In this document: positions 1 to 10,343 of the stretch, in pieces
Numbering within the stretch: position 1 is the stretch's first letter
Layout of the letters: every line of letters starts with the position of its first letter
Assembly (NCBI GenBank): GCA_963755915.1
Contig: CAVWLP010000002.1
Span: forward strand, 1,216,001 to 1,280,000
Source: an uncultured Phycisphaerales bacterium
Lineage (GTDB): Bacteria > Planctomycetota > Phycisphaerae > Tepidisphaerales > Tepidisphaeraceae
Reading direction: 5' to 3'
DNA length: 64,000 nt
Notes under the pieces: model-generated
Seen by the model: the letters and a program-made list of their open reading frames with translations, nothing else
What the model was told of the DNA's origin: nothing
The model's database searches: none
Made by a program: the position numbers and the translations under genes

Positions 1-35
1 CTCTCGTCACCCAGACCGTAACCGATAAAAATCTT
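1..35 (-). repeat. Edge-truncated third copy of the 114-bp dispersed non-coding module
   Basis: Reverse complement reads aagatttttatcggttacggtctgggtgacgagag, matching aagaatttttatcggttacggttttggtgacgagaag at the start of the copy at 50994. Confidence 0.75.
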
Positions 36-177
36 CCTTCTATGTTTTCGGAAAACGCAACGGCGTCCCCTTGATATATGTGAATGACAAGTGGTACCGA
101 CAGAGAATCTCCAACCGAATACAGTTCCTCACAGCGACGAATAAGCCAATAATTCTTTTTCCCGGAAACCCCCACAC

Positions 178-1032
178 TTGTCCCGCGTTCAATTCAACCA
201 GGTCTTCATCGTCCTCCTCCTCCTGAGTTTCCTCAGCGCCTTCGTATTACCCCGCCGCATGACCGACCTCGGCCGAATGCCCCTGCAAACCCTCCTGATC
301 CCCATCTCCCATCCCACCTATACCCTGGCCAACGCCATCCGAAATCATTTCCAGCCGCACACGGCCGAGGACACCCGCCCGCTTGAAACCATCGAGCAGG
401 AAAACCTCGGCCTGAAACAGCAGATCCAGGAAATGTCCGCACAGATCGAAGACCTCAAACAGCGCGCCGGCGAGCGTGAAAGCCTCGGCGGATTCGAAAC
501 CTACTGCACCCGCTTCGAAGTTACCGGCGCCGACAGTGACGACCGCGAGGGCCTGACCATCGCTGGCACCGGCTTCGGCGGTCTCAACGTCGATCAGCCC
601 GTCCCCGTCCTCTCCTCCGGCGCAGTAATTGACCTGATCGGCCGAATCACCGCCGTAGGCGCGCTCTCGGCTCGCGTTCGTCTCATCACCGACGCCGGCT
701 TCACCGTCACCGCCCATTTCAAAAGCTATTCCCCCTCCGCTGGATTCCAGGAAAACCCCAATCTCCTCGCCATCGTCAAGGGTCGCGGCACCGGCGAAAT
801 GTCCATCCAGAATCTCTTCATCAAGGATGTCCGCGACGCAAAGCTTGCCCCCGGCGATTGGGTCGTCCTCTCCGATGACACCTGGCCGCACGCGCTTCAG
901 GGAATTCGTATCGGCCGCATCTCCTCCATCGAGCCCCTGCCCCAGCAGTCTCTCTTCGCCGACATCCGTCTCGCCCCCGAGCAGGATTTGATGCATCTCA
1001 ACGACGTATGGGTCATGCTTCGCCAGCCATAA
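178..1032 (+). CDS. mreC: Rod shape-determining protein MreC
   Basis: N-terminal TM, coiled coil (EQENLGLKQQI), LIGRI..V...SARVRLITD, GD.VV.S..WP..L.IGRI pattern; followed by an MreD-like gene. Confidence 0.85.
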   Translation: MSRVQFNQVFIVLLLLSFLSAFVLPRRMTDLGRMPLQTLLIPISHPTYTLANAIRNHFQPHTAEDTRPLETIEQENLGLKQQIQEMSAQIEDLKQRAGERESLGGFETYCTRFEVTGADSDDREGLTIAGTGFGGLNVDQPVPVLSSGAVIDLIGRITAVGALSARVRLITDAGFTVTAHFKSYSPSAGFQENPNLLAIVKGRGTGEMSIQNLFIKDVRDAKLAPGDWVVLSDDTWPHALQGIRIGRISSIEPLPQQSLFADIRLAPEQDLMHLNDVWVMLRQP

Positions 1033-1043
1033 AAAGGTATTCA

Positions 1044-1544
1044 ATGCGCTGGCTCAGCTTTTTCATTCTCGCGTACATCACCCTCGGCCTTCAAACCGGC
1101 CTCGCCCGCGCCATCCAGTGGGATTCCGCCACCCCCAATTTCGTCCTGATCGCGGTGATTTTCATCGCCATCAACGCCCCGCGCGACGCCGCCCTGCTCG
1201 GCGCCTTCATCCTCGGCGCCCTCGATGACATGACCTCGCAAGGCATTCTCGGCCTCCTCGCCTTCTCCTACGCCCTCTCCGCAGCCATGATCCTTCCCAT
1301 CGCCCGCGGCATGCAACGCAAGCACCCCGCGACCCATTTCGGACTCGTCCTGGCGGCAGGGCTTTTAACGGCGATCATTGTCGCCTTTCACGGAATGATC
1401 CGCCCGGTCACCGGCAGCATCCGCCCGCCCACAGGGCCCCTGTTCTATTCAGCGATCTATTCGGCCGTCCTTGCCCCCTTTGTTCTCGCCGGTTTACAGC
1501 GCATGTCAAAGCTCTTCCGCTTCCAAAGAACTTCCCGAGTGTAA
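1044..1544 (+). CDS. mreD: Rod shape-determining protein MreD
   Basis: Hydrophobic 166 aa protein with PNFVLIAVIF and AFILGALDD motifs directly after mreC; ATG at 1044 preferred over ORF start 1008. Confidence 0.85.
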   Translation: MRWLSFFILAYITLGLQTGLARAIQWDSATPNFVLIAVIFIAINAPRDAALLGAFILGALDDMTSQGILGLLAFSYALSAAMILPIARGMQRKHPATHFGLVLAAGLLTAIIVAFHGMIRPVTGSIRPPTGPLFYSAIYSAVLAPFVLAGLQRMSKLFRFQRTSRV

Positions 1545-1577
1545 ACCACCAACCACCATTCCCGGGCACCTCCTCTC

Positions 1578-1607
1578 CCCGTGTAGCCGCCCCCGCTTGC
1601 GGGGCGC
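1578..1607 (+). repeat. GTGTAGCC-type REP-like hairpin
   Basis: gtgtagccgcccccgcttgcggggcgc; related copies on the other strand at 51113-51162, 53086-53111 and 58734-58782. Confidence 0.7.
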
Positions 1608-1731
1608 TTCTTGGGGGGTCGCCTCTTGCGATCGTCGGGAATTGCAGAACCGCCCGCATGTCAGATTCTTTGCATTCTCACCAATCGCACCCAAAAAATT
1701 CCCGGATTTTCGAAAAATAGGTACAAAACGT

Positions 1732-3221
1732 TAATCCCGTTCGGCACGGGGTTCGCGCAAGCAGCAAGATATTGAGATTGCGCCTTTGATCTTTTTATGG
1801 CATGCTGCCGGACGTGCAGGCAAGACTGAAGGAAAAAGAGATCCTGTGCCTCGGACATCTGCGGCGCGTCTTCGCGCTGCTGCCCACGCTGCGGGATGTG
1901 GGCTGTGAGCGGGATCGAGCCGGGAACCGCCAGCTTCACTTCGACGATTATTGCAAGCTGGTTTTGCTTTACACCTGGAATCCGCTGATCCAATCCCTGC
2001 GGGATCTTCAGGAGGTTGCTGAACTGCCCAAGGTGGCCAAGGCGCTGGGAATTAAGCGTTTTTCCGTGGGCAGTTTCTCTGAATCGGTTCGGGTGTTCGA
2101 GCCGGGGCGTTTGACGCCGCTGATTGAGGAATTGGCGGGGGAACTGCCCCAGGCGCCCGATCCGCGTCTTGCGGACTTTGGGCAGGCGATCACGCTGGTC
2201 GACGGGACGGTGCTGACGGCGCTGAGTCGGCTGGCCAAATCCGCTTGCGGCATCGATGCGCACTACAACACCTCCCGGGACGGGAAAGCGGTCTATGGCT
2301 GGCGTTTGCACGTTCAATTCGATCTGGAGACGTTCAAAGTCCATCGCCTCGACCGCACTGGCGCTCGCAACGCGGGGGCCAACCGTGAAAACAACGTCCT
2401 GCGGCGCAGCCTGGAAGCAGGACGGTGCTATGTAGGAGACGGCGGCTACGCCGACCGGAGCCTCTTTGCGGACATCGCCGCGGCGCAAAGCTCCTTTGTG
2501 ATGCGGGCCGCGGAAAACTCGGTGTTTGAGCTGTTTGAAGAACGATTGCTTTCACAGGAAGCATTGGACGGCGGCGTGGTGCGAGACGCGCTGGTGAAAC
2601 TCGACGGCCTGGAGACGGCGGCGGATAGGGTGGTGCGACGGGTGGAAGTGCAGGTGAAACCCCATCCGCGCCGCACGCGCAGCGGCAACAAGCCGACGGA
2701 CCTGATCATCCTGTACACGAACCTGCTGGACCTGCCGGCGGAATTGATCGCCCTGATTTATCTGTACCGCTACACCGTTGAGTTGTTCTTCCGGATCTTC
2801 AAGCAACTGCTGGGCATGCGTCACCTGCTGAGCCAACGCCAGGAGGGGATCGACATCCAAATCCACTGCGCGCTGATCGTCTGCGTGCTGATTCAGCTGA
2901 TCAGCGGCAGGAAGCCGAACAAGGCGATGCGGAACATGATCGGCTGGTATCTGCTGGGGCTGGCCGAGGAACAGGACGTGCTTCGATTCCTGAACAAGCC
3001 GGATAACACCGGGATTAAGCTGAGGGCAAGAGCGGAGGCCTTGAAAAAACTGGGAGTAAACTGAAGGGGAATCCGTCGCCGCGGAGACCTCGCGGTTGAT
3101 GCTGCGCTCTTGCGGACGCCGGCGTGCAGCAGGGGAAAGTAAAAGTATCTAAGCTTCAATTGTTTCGCGTCCTCCACAGCTTTGGAATGCTCCGATGAAG
3201 CCTGCGTGCCGAACGGGATTA
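1732..3221 (+). mobile_element. Complete IS4-family insertion sequence (1490 bp)
   Basis: Perfect 17-bp terminal IRs taatcccgttcggcacg (1732-1748) / cgtgccgaacgggatta (3205-3221); 9-bp direct repeat acaaaacgt at 1723-1731 and 3222-3230; encloses a DDE transposase. Confidence 0.95.
1802..3064 (+). CDS. IS4-family DDE transposase
   Basis: LVDGT, YVGDGGY and YLYRYTVELFFRIFKQLLG (YREK-like signature of the IS4 family). Confidence 0.92.
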   Translation: MLPDVQARLKEKEILCLGHLRRVFALLPTLRDVGCERDRAGNRQLHFDDYCKLVLLYTWNPLIQSLRDLQEVAELPKVAKALGIKRFSVGSFSESVRVFEPGRLTPLIEELAGELPQAPDPRLADFGQAITLVDGTVLTALSRLAKSACGIDAHYNTSRDGKAVYGWRLHVQFDLETFKVHRLDRTGARNAGANRENNVLRRSLEAGRCYVGDGGYADRSLFADIAAAQSSFVMRAAENSVFELFEERLLSQEALDGGVVRDALVKLDGLETAADRVVRRVEVQVKPHPRRTRSGNKPTDLIILYTNLLDLPAELIALIYLYRYTVELFFRIFKQLLGMRHLLSQRQEGIDIQIHCALIVCVLIQLISGRKPNKAMRNMIGWYLLGLAEEQDVLRFLNKPDNTGIKLRARAEALKKLGVN

Positions 3222-3596
3222 ACAAAACGTACACCTTTTGGACCTGTATATAGACGCGTGCGTTTTTCTTACCCCGAGCATATTCGCGCAGCGTGCGTCG
3301 ACGGATTTTTTTCCCATGAATGTCGCTTCTCACTCAGCGATCTCCGCGCTCTCCAGCGAAGCGGGCGGTGATACGAATTGTCCGGGCTCCAAACAGAGCA
3401 CCCCAAACGAAGTTACCCGAAATTGTGGGAAATTTTGGGGAAAAGCGAGAAATTTTGCAGAATCATGCTTGAACGCCCACGGTACTGCCGTGGGTTTTTG
3501 AAGAACCCCAGGTTCCGATAATACCCGCCCCATTTATTCAAGCCCCCACGCCTCTCCGTCCGATAACCCAAAAATCAATCTAAGGAAAGGCGACCT

Positions 3597-4070
3597 ATGA
3601 AAGCATACACCCTGTCGATCTGTGGCGGATTCCTGGCTCTGGCCGTTCTACTTCCCCTCAGCGGGTGCGCGGTGGAAGACGGCCGTCCATCCCTCCTCCC
3701 CAATGCCGACCCGCTCCTGCGCAAGACTTCCACGGAACTCGCCGCCGACGCCGCCAAACGCTCCTATCCGATGGACGCTCCCCGCGGCTCCGACACCATC
3801 GCCCGCGCCCAGTACAACCTCATGGAGAAGCAGTTCGAAGTCGCCAACCTCAGCGGCTCCGACATGCAGAACGTCGAGGTCTGGCTCAATCAGAAGTATG
3901 TCGTCAGCGTTCCCGATTTTGATCATAACAAAGGCAAAACCCTCGACTTCGGTCTCTTCTACGACAGCGAAGGCCACCATTTCGACACCGACTTTGGCGG
4001 CAACCCCGTCAAGACCCTGCAAATCTACCAGGGCGGAAAACTCTACGACGTAGTCGCCGTGCTCGAATAG
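3597..4070 (+). CDS. Hypothetical lipoprotein
   Basis: RBS aaggaaagg, signal peptide with lipobox LPLSGC, host-like codon usage. Confidence 0.75.
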   Translation: MKAYTLSICGGFLALAVLLPLSGCAVEDGRPSLLPNADPLLRKTSTELAADAAKRSYPMDAPRGSDTIARAQYNLMEKQFEVANLSGSDMQNVEVWLNQKYVVSVPDFDHNKGKTLDFGLFYDSEGHHFDTDFGGNPVKTLQIYQGGKLYDVVAVLE

Positions 4071-4128
4071 TCGCGGTCATTCCGACGCGGTTGAGACGCC
4101 CGGCCTATAGCCTTATAGTTATCGCCCC

Positions 4129-5592
4129 ATGCTGTTTACCGACCCGTGTTTCCTTTTCCTCTACCTCCCGGTAGTCCTGACGATCTACTATCTCACCCCC
4201 CGGGCAGGCAAAAATTACGTCCTCCTCGGCGGCAGCATCCTCTTCTACGCCCTCGGTGAAGGCTGGTCGACCGCCGTCGTCCTCGCATCGATCATCATCA
4301 ATTTCATCCTCGGCAAGTTCATCGCCGCCGCCCCCGATGAAACTGAAGCACGCAACCGGGCAGCCATCGGCATCGTCGTCAACCTCTTCATTCTCTGCGT
4401 CTTCAAATACGCCGCCTTCTTCGTCATGAACCTTAATTTCCCCTTGGCGATGCTGGGGATCAAGACGATTCCGCTCCCCAAAATCCACCTCCCCCTCGGC
4501 ATCTCCTTCTTCACCTTCCACGCACTCTCCTACCTGATCGATATCTTCCGCAAGGAAGTGAAGCCGATGGAGCGCTCCAGCACCTTCGGCCTCTACATCA
4601 TGCTCTTCCCCCAGCTCATCGCCGGCCCCATCATTCGTTACAAAACCATCTGCGATCAGTTCACCATCGGCGGCCCGCGCGGACGCAAGCATTCCTGGGA
4701 CAATTTCTCCGAAGGCGTTCGCCGCTTCATCATCGGCCTGGGCAAGAAAATGCTCATCGCCAACACCGTCGCCAAAACCGCCGACCTCATCTTCACCATC
4801 AAGCCCAACCTCATCACCCCCTCGGTCGCCTGGCTCGGCGTCATCTGCTACACCCTCCAGATCTACTTCGATTTCTCCGGCTACTCCGACATGGCCATCG
4901 GCTTGGGCAAAATGTTCGGATTCACCTTCCCCGAAAACTTCAACTACCCCTACATCGCCACCAGCATCACCGACTTCTGGCACCGCTGGCACATCACCCT
5001 CTCAAGCTGGTTCCGCGACTACCTCTACATCCCCCTCGGCGGCAACCGCGTCTCCAAGCCCCGTCTCTATTTCAACCTGCTCACCGTCTTCTTCCTCTGC
5101 GGCATGTGGCACGGCCCAACCTGGACCTTCATCGCCTGGGGACTCTTCCACGGCCTGTTCCTCATCATCGAACGCGTCGGCCTCCGCGAATGGCTCCAGC
5201 GCCGAATCATCCTCCGGCACATCTATGTCCTCGTCGTCGTCATGATCGGTTGGGTCTTCTTCCGCGCCGATGATTTCAACCTGGCCTGGCAATATCTCGG
5301 AAGAATGACTTTCCTGACGAACAACACCAACGCCTTCTTCGGCCTCCGCCAGTGCCACGGCTTGGCCCTTGAGCTGTCCCTGGCCGCCGGAATTCTCGGC
5401 AGCCTGCCGATCGTCCCCATGCTCGGCAGCCTGGTCGACCGGCTTTATGCAACATTGGAAGGCGCCGGAATGTGGATCGTGGATCTCCTCGCCGGCATGG
5501 GCGAATTCGCCGCCCTGGGCGCAATTTTCTTCGCCTCCGTTGCCCTTTCCGCCGCCGGAACCTACAACCCCTTCATCTACTTCCGCTTCTAA
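4129..5592 (+). CDS. MBOAT family O-acyltransferase (AlgI/PatA-like)
   Basis: LPLGISFFTF, FPQLIAGPI, QIYFDFSGYSDMAIG, FWHRWHITLSSWFRDYLYIPLGG, GMWHG, C-terminal YNPFIYFRF. Confidence 0.95.
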   Translation: MLFTDPCFLFLYLPVVLTIYYLTPRAGKNYVLLGGSILFYALGEGWSTAVVLASIIINFILGKFIAAAPDETEARNRAAIGIVVNLFILCVFKYAAFFVMNLNFPLAMLGIKTIPLPKIHLPLGISFFTFHALSYLIDIFRKEVKPMERSSTFGLYIMLFPQLIAGPIIRYKTICDQFTIGGPRGRKHSWDNFSEGVRRFIIGLGKKMLIANTVAKTADLIFTIKPNLITPSVAWLGVICYTLQIYFDFSGYSDMAIGLGKMFGFTFPENFNYPYIATSITDFWHRWHITLSSWFRDYLYIPLGGNRVSKPRLYFNLLTVFFLCGMWHGPTWTFIAWGLFHGLFLIIERVGLREWLQRRIILRHIYVLVVVMIGWVFFRADDFNLAWQYLGRMTFLTNNTNAFFGLRQCHGLALELSLAAGILGSLPIVPMLGSLVDRLYATLEGAGMWIVDLLAGMGEFAALGAIFFASVALSAAGTYNPFIYFRF

Positions 5593-5624
5593 ATTGAAAA
5601 CCACGATTCAACGACATCTTCTCT

Positions 5625-5655
5625 CCCCGTTTAGCCGCGACCCGCAGGGGAGCGC
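5625..5655 (+). repeat. GTTTAGCCGC-type REP-like element
   Basis: cccgtttagccgcgacccgcaggggagcgc; near-identical copies at 8172-8198 (+) and 31202-31231, 39100-39129, 44416-44445, 57633-57662 (-), mostly at gene 3-prime ends. Confidence 0.85.
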
Positions 5656-5697
5656 TTTCCGTGCGTCCCAAAACTTGCGGTCCACGATCTGAACGCC

Positions 5698-6899
5698 ATG
5701 CACATGCAGTCGAAATCCTCAATCTTGGAATTCCAATCGGGGACAACTCAAGCCCCGCCCCCGCAGCGCATTCGCCCCCTCAGCCGAAGGCTCATCGCAA
5801 TCCTTTTCGTCCTCGGAATGTTCGTCCCCTTCATCGGCACCATCATGAAATGGGATCCGGTCCAGTCCCAGGAAAACCGCCTGATGGCCAAGTACCCCGG
5901 CATCCCCAAAACTTTCGTAGATGTCAAACACTGGTCCGAACTCATGATGATCGCCTACCGCGATCATTTCGGCTTCCGCAACACCCTCATCCGCGCCCTC
6001 GCCGTCCATGGCGGCCTCGCCGTCGACCAGAACACGCAAATCATCATCGGCAAGAACGGCTGGCTCTACTATCCGCCCGGCCACAACAACATGCTGGCCG
6101 ATCGCAACCTCGACCCCTTCAGCAGCGAAGACCTCGACATTTGGCAAGCCGTCCTCGAGCGCCGCCGCCAGTGGTGCCTCGACCACGGCATGCAGTTCAT
6201 CGTCGTCGTCCCCCCCGACAAGCAGAGCATCTACCGCGAATTCATGCCCGATTCCTTCGCGCCGTTAGGCCCCACGACCCGCCTCGATCAGCTCATCCAG
6301 CGACTGAAGGAAACCCATTCCAAGGTCAATCTCATCGACCTTCGCGCCACCCTCCTCGCCGCCAAGACCAAACAAACCATCCCCATCTATTTCAAAACCG
6401 ACACCCATTGGAACGATTACGGCTCCTGGTATTCCTATCCCGTTCTGATGGACGAGGTTAACCGCGTGCTCGGCACCCACATCGTCCCCCAGCCCGCCAG
6501 CAATTTCTATCCCATCCAAACCTGCGCTCCGGCGACCTCGCCCGCTTCATGGACATGTATTACGAATACGGCGAAATGTGGCCCCAATTCGTCCTCAAGG
6601 CCAAAGCCCAGCCCACCTTCCTCCTCGAAAACGCCTTCACCCCCGTCGTAACCCACGGCGATCCCAATGGCCCCCGCGCCTACATCATCCACGATTCCTT
6701 CGGCAACTATTTCGGCCCCTTCATCGAGCCCCACTTCAGTGTCATCCAGTGGCAATGGACCAACGTCCTCGAAGGCTATCGCGTCCTCAGCGTCAAACCC
6801 AATCTGGTCATCGACGAATTCCTCGAAAGAATGCTCTACTTGCAGCAGCCAACCGACACTTCCGATATCATGGCCACCCAGTATCACATCGGCCAGTGA
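5698..6899 (+). CDS. AlgJ/AlgX-like SGNH O-acetyltransferase, copy 1 (frameshift near 6520)
   Basis: ENR..A..P, DHFGFRN, IIGKNGWLY, PPDKQSIY, YFKTDTHWN; the C-terminal HDSFG and ERML segments continue in ORF 6549-6899. Confidence 0.85.
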
Positions 6900-6904
6900 C
6901 GCCT

Positions 6905-8155
6905 ATGTCGACAACGCCCGCAAGACTAACCCCCGCCCCCGGTACTCCGGGGGAGGGCAGGGGAGGGGGTGCCCCGCAAACGCAAAAACCTCCAATCCCG
7001 AAACATCCCTCGCCGCTCCTTCGCAAGCTCTCAATCCATTTCCTCGCCGCAATCTTTCTCCTCAGCCTCTTCATCCCACTTCTCGGCCTCTGCTTTCACT
7101 GGGACCCCTCCCACGAATCCAACGAAAACCGCCGCCTCGCCGAATTGCCCAGCCTGCCGCACACGATGAAAGATCTCAACGCCTTCGGCGACAACCTGCT
7201 CGACTATTACCGCGACCATTTCGGCTTGCGCAACACCCTCATCCGCGCCGTTGCTCTAACCCGCGTCCGCGGCTTTAGCGACGACACCGACGGCTCCGTC
7301 CTCATGGGCCAAAACGGCTGGCTCTTCCTCCGCCCCGACGGCGACACCAACCTCATCGCCACCCGCGGCCTAAACCCCCTCACCGACGCCCAGCTAGACG
7401 CCTGGCAATCCGTCCTCGAAAAACGCCGCGCCTGGCTCGCCGCCCAGGGCATCCCCTATCTCCTCGTAATTCCCCCCGACAAACCTACGATCTATCCCGA
7501 ATACCTCCCGCCGCAGTACGCCCCCCTCCGCCCAATCTCCCGCCTCGATCAGCTCTTGGATCGCCTGCGCGATTCCCATTCCCCGATCGATTTCGTGGAT
7601 GTTCGCCCCGCCCTATTGGCCGCAAAATCCTCCGGCCAGCTCTATTACCGCACCGACACCCATTGGAACGACTGGGGCGCCTTCATCGCCTACCAGCAGA
7701 TCATCGCCGCCATCCAGAACCTCCTGCCCCAGTGGCACATCGTCCCCCAGACCCGCGAAGATTTTGCCCCCGGAAAACTCGCCCCCTGGCCCGGCGACCT
7801 GGCACGCATGATGGACATGCCCGATAAATTTCAGGATTCCACGATCCCCCTCCTGCGTAAGAAGCCCTACCCCATTCCCGATTCCCTGAGCATTCGCAAC
7901 AGCGTGGTAACAATCGACAACCACAATCCCTCCCTGCCGCGAATCGTCCTTTATCGCGATTCCTTCGCAATCGCCCTGGTCCCGATGCTCGGCCCGAATT
8001 TCGGACGAATCGTCTACGCCTTTCACTACACGATCGACCCCGATTTAATTTCCCGCGAAAAGCCGGATTTGGTGATCGATGAATTCCTGGAGCGGAATCT
8101 TTTTCTAGACCCTCCCAAAGATCCCCTTCCGATCAGTGGATTTAAACTGAGATAA
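6905..8155 (+). CDS. AlgJ/AlgX-like SGNH O-acetyltransferase, copy 2
   Basis: ENRRLA, DHFGLRN, GQNGWLF, PPDKPTIYPE, YYRTDTHWN, GDLARM, RDSF; tandem paralog of the previous gene. Confidence 0.88.
   Translation: MSTTPARLTPAPGTPGEGRGGGAPQTQKPPIPKHPSPLLRKLSIHFLAAIFLLSLFIPLLGLCFHWDPSHESNENRRLAELPSLPHTMKDLNAFGDNLLDYYRDHFGLRNTLIRAVALTRVRGFSDDTDGSVLMGQNGWLFLRPDGDTNLIATRGLNPLTDAQLDAWQSVLEKRRAWLAAQGIPYLLVIPPDKPTIYPEYLPPQYAPLRPISRLDQLLDRLRDSHSPIDFVDVRPALLAAKSSGQLYYRTDTHWNDWGAFIAYQQIIAAIQNLLPQWHIVPQTREDFAPGKLAPWPGDLARMMDMPDKFQDSTIPLLRKKPYPIPDSLSIRNSVVTIDNHNPSLPRIVLYRDSFAIALVPMLGPNFGRIVYAFHYTIDPDLISREKPDLVIDEFLERNLFLDPPKDPLPISGFKLR
6931..6970 (-). repeat. CCCTC(A/C)CCC...CCCTC-type REP-like element inside the 5-prime end of the AlgJ-like gene
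   Basis: ccccgcccccggtactccgggggagggcaggggaggggg; relatives at 12365-12435, 31846-31905, 39072-39086 (partial), 54449-54490 and 62753-62811. Confidence 0.75.
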
Positions 8156-8200
8156 GTCCCTCACGGTTCTTGTTTAGCCGCGACCCGAAGGGAAGCGCTT

Positions 8201-9064
8201 TCATACGATGTCCCCGATTTGCCGGATTCCGTGCCTGAGCCATTGCCGCAAGTCGTTAGCCTGTTCTGACGTGCAACGGATTTCGGCGTCGACGGGATAG
8301 TCGGTGAAAATCCACCATTTTCGGTCAAATCGTAAGCGGAAGACGTTCGCCCTTTCCTCGCCAAGCATGAAGTCGGAGATTTTCTTCCACGGCGTGATGC
8401 TGTAGCGGGCGGCGTTGCGATCGGCGATGGCACTGTCCGGAATCTGGGCCATCGTTAGCCGAAATCGACGGCATCGGCGCCAAAGTACAACCGAGGTGAT
8501 GGCCGACAAATAGAACCACACCCAGAATTGCAGCGCGTCCATCCAACCGCTGAGGTACATCCAGATGAGAACCGGCGCCGCCAGAACTGCAATGACCCAG
8601 GCGTGTCCCCACACCAATTCCGCCAAAAAACTGGGACCGCCGACATTATCGTATTGCACGCATCCGTAATCGTTCAATCGAATCTGGATCAGGCCGGGAT
8701 GATCGGAGCTTTTTCGGCGCAGCAGGGTTATGCCAATCACCACAATCGTGATCCCGCCGAACAGCGCAAGCCAGGTCCGGCGTCTCAGGTTGGTGCCAGA
8801 AAAGGGGCTCATCATGGTGACATAAAAAAGCCAGAATACGGAAACAGCGACACGCCCGGCGATTTTGGATCGCGAGGCGTTGCCCAGGTTTGCATGCTGC
8901 CCCATCGCCCAGCCATAAAGGACGATTTCATTGACTTGCGGCGCCCGGCCGCATTCAGGACACGGCGATGATTCAGCCAACCCAGCGAGTGAATACCCAC
9001 AGTTCGGGCAGATTTCGCTGCACAGGGAGCGAGGAACCGAGGATGGGGCTAGTATTGCAACCAT
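8201..9064 (-). CDS. Membrane protein with N-terminal zinc ribbon
   Basis: CPNCGYSLAGL-CPECG followed by about 4 TM segments. Confidence 0.75.
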   Translation of the reverse strand: MVAILAPSSVPRSLCSEICPNCGYSLAGLAESSPCPECGRAPQVNEIVLYGWAMGQHANLGNASRSKIAGRVAVSVFWLFYVTMMSPFSGTNLRRRTWLALFGGITIVVIGITLLRRKSSDHPGLIQIRLNDYGCVQYDNVGGPSFLAELVWGHAWVIAVLAAPVLIWMYLSGWMDALQFWVWFYLSAITSVVLWRRCRRFRLTMAQIPDSAIADRNAARYSITPWKKISDFMLGEERANVFRLRFDRKWWIFTDYPVDAEIRCTSEQANDLRQWLRHGIRQIGDIV

Positions 9065-9187
9065 CCATCTATTTTAACTTTTTGTTGTGGGGCGACACCA
9101 ACTGATTCTTGGTGGGAACGGGGACGATCCGGCTCTGGCGCGGATGAAAACATAACTCTCGAATCGGCCACCAAAACACGCTATGCT

Positions 9188-10141
9188 GTGGCAATTGCAA
9201 GGGAAGAGGTCGCTGTGAGTTCAACCCAATCGATGCCCCTCACCGAGGTCGACGCTGCTGAGCTGCTTGAAACCAGCGCCCGCCTGGTCACCGCGTATTT
9301 CCAAGGCTTCGGCAAACGCTTCTCCGACGCTCCGCCTCGATTGATCGAGGCGATTCAATATAGCCTCATGGCCGGCGGAAAACGCCTCCGCCCCGCCCTC
9401 GTCTTCGAATCCGCCCGCGCCTGCCAGAAAAAAGCGACCCCCTCGAATCCCTCCCCATCCGTCCTCGCCGCCGCCGCCGCCATGGAGCTGATCCACACCT
9501 TCAGTTTGGTTCACGACGATCTCCCCGCCATGGACGACGACGACCTTCGCCGCGGCCGTCCCACGAATCACAAGGTCTTTGGCGAAGCGATGGCCATCCT
9601 TGCCGGCGACGCCATGACCACCATCGCCTTCGAAATCCTCGCTGCCGATGCCGACCCAAAGCTCGTCGCCCCCCTCGTCGGTGAGCTCGCCCGCGCCTCC
9701 GGCCCCTCCGGAATGATCGGCGGCCAGGTCATCGACATGGACAACGCCCACCCCGCCAAAAATCTCACCGAGCTTCAGCATCTTCACCGCATGAAGACCG
9801 GCGCCCTGCTCACCGCCTCCTGCCGCATGGGCGGCATCGCCGCCGCCGCCGAGCCCCATGAACTCTCCGCCCTCGAAGCCTTCGGCCGACACATGGGCCT
9901 CGCTTTCCAGATCGTCGACGACATCCTCGACGAAACTTCCACTGCCGAGCAGCTTGGCAAAGCCACGAAAAAGGACGCAGCAAAAGGAAAAGTGACCTAC
10001 CCGATGCTTCTGGGCCTGGAAAAAAGTCGGTCCGCCGCAAAAGAGCAATTATCCGCTGCTCTGGCCGCGATTAAACCGCTCGGCGATCGCGCCCGAGGAC
10101 TCCGGTCACTTGCGGAATTTGTCGTCGAACGCAACAAATAA
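9188..10141 (+). CDS. ispA: Farnesyl/geranylgeranyl diphosphate synthase
   Basis: GGKRLRP, SLVHDDLPAMDDDDLRRGRPT, KTGAL, AFQIVDDILD; upstream of dxs. Confidence 0.95.
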   Translation: MAIAREEVAVSSTQSMPLTEVDAAELLETSARLVTAYFQGFGKRFSDAPPRLIEAIQYSLMAGGKRLRPALVFESARACQKKATPSNPSPSVLAAAAAMELIHTFSLVHDDLPAMDDDDLRRGRPTNHKVFGEAMAILAGDAMTTIAFEILAADADPKLVAPLVGELARASGPSGMIGGQVIDMDNAHPAKNLTELQHLHRMKTGALLTASCRMGGIAAAAEPHELSALEAFGRHMGLAFQIVDDILDETSTAEQLGKATKKDAAKGKVTYPMLLGLEKSRSAAKEQLSAALAAIKPLGDRARGLRSLAEFVVERNK

Positions 10142-10343
10142 TCAATATCTGACAATATCATCCGAAAGTTCTGACATGGACGGTTATGCCCTCCTAAGCT
10201 AAAAAGGTACCCCTGAGGGCTGGAAATGCGGTTGGAAATCGCAATAGTTGTTGTGCGATGTTGCATGGGTTCGGTTGTCTGTGTCTCTCGGCCCATTGGC
10301 GCATTGCCCGGGCAAGGACGTCCGGCTAGTAGGAGATCGAAAT

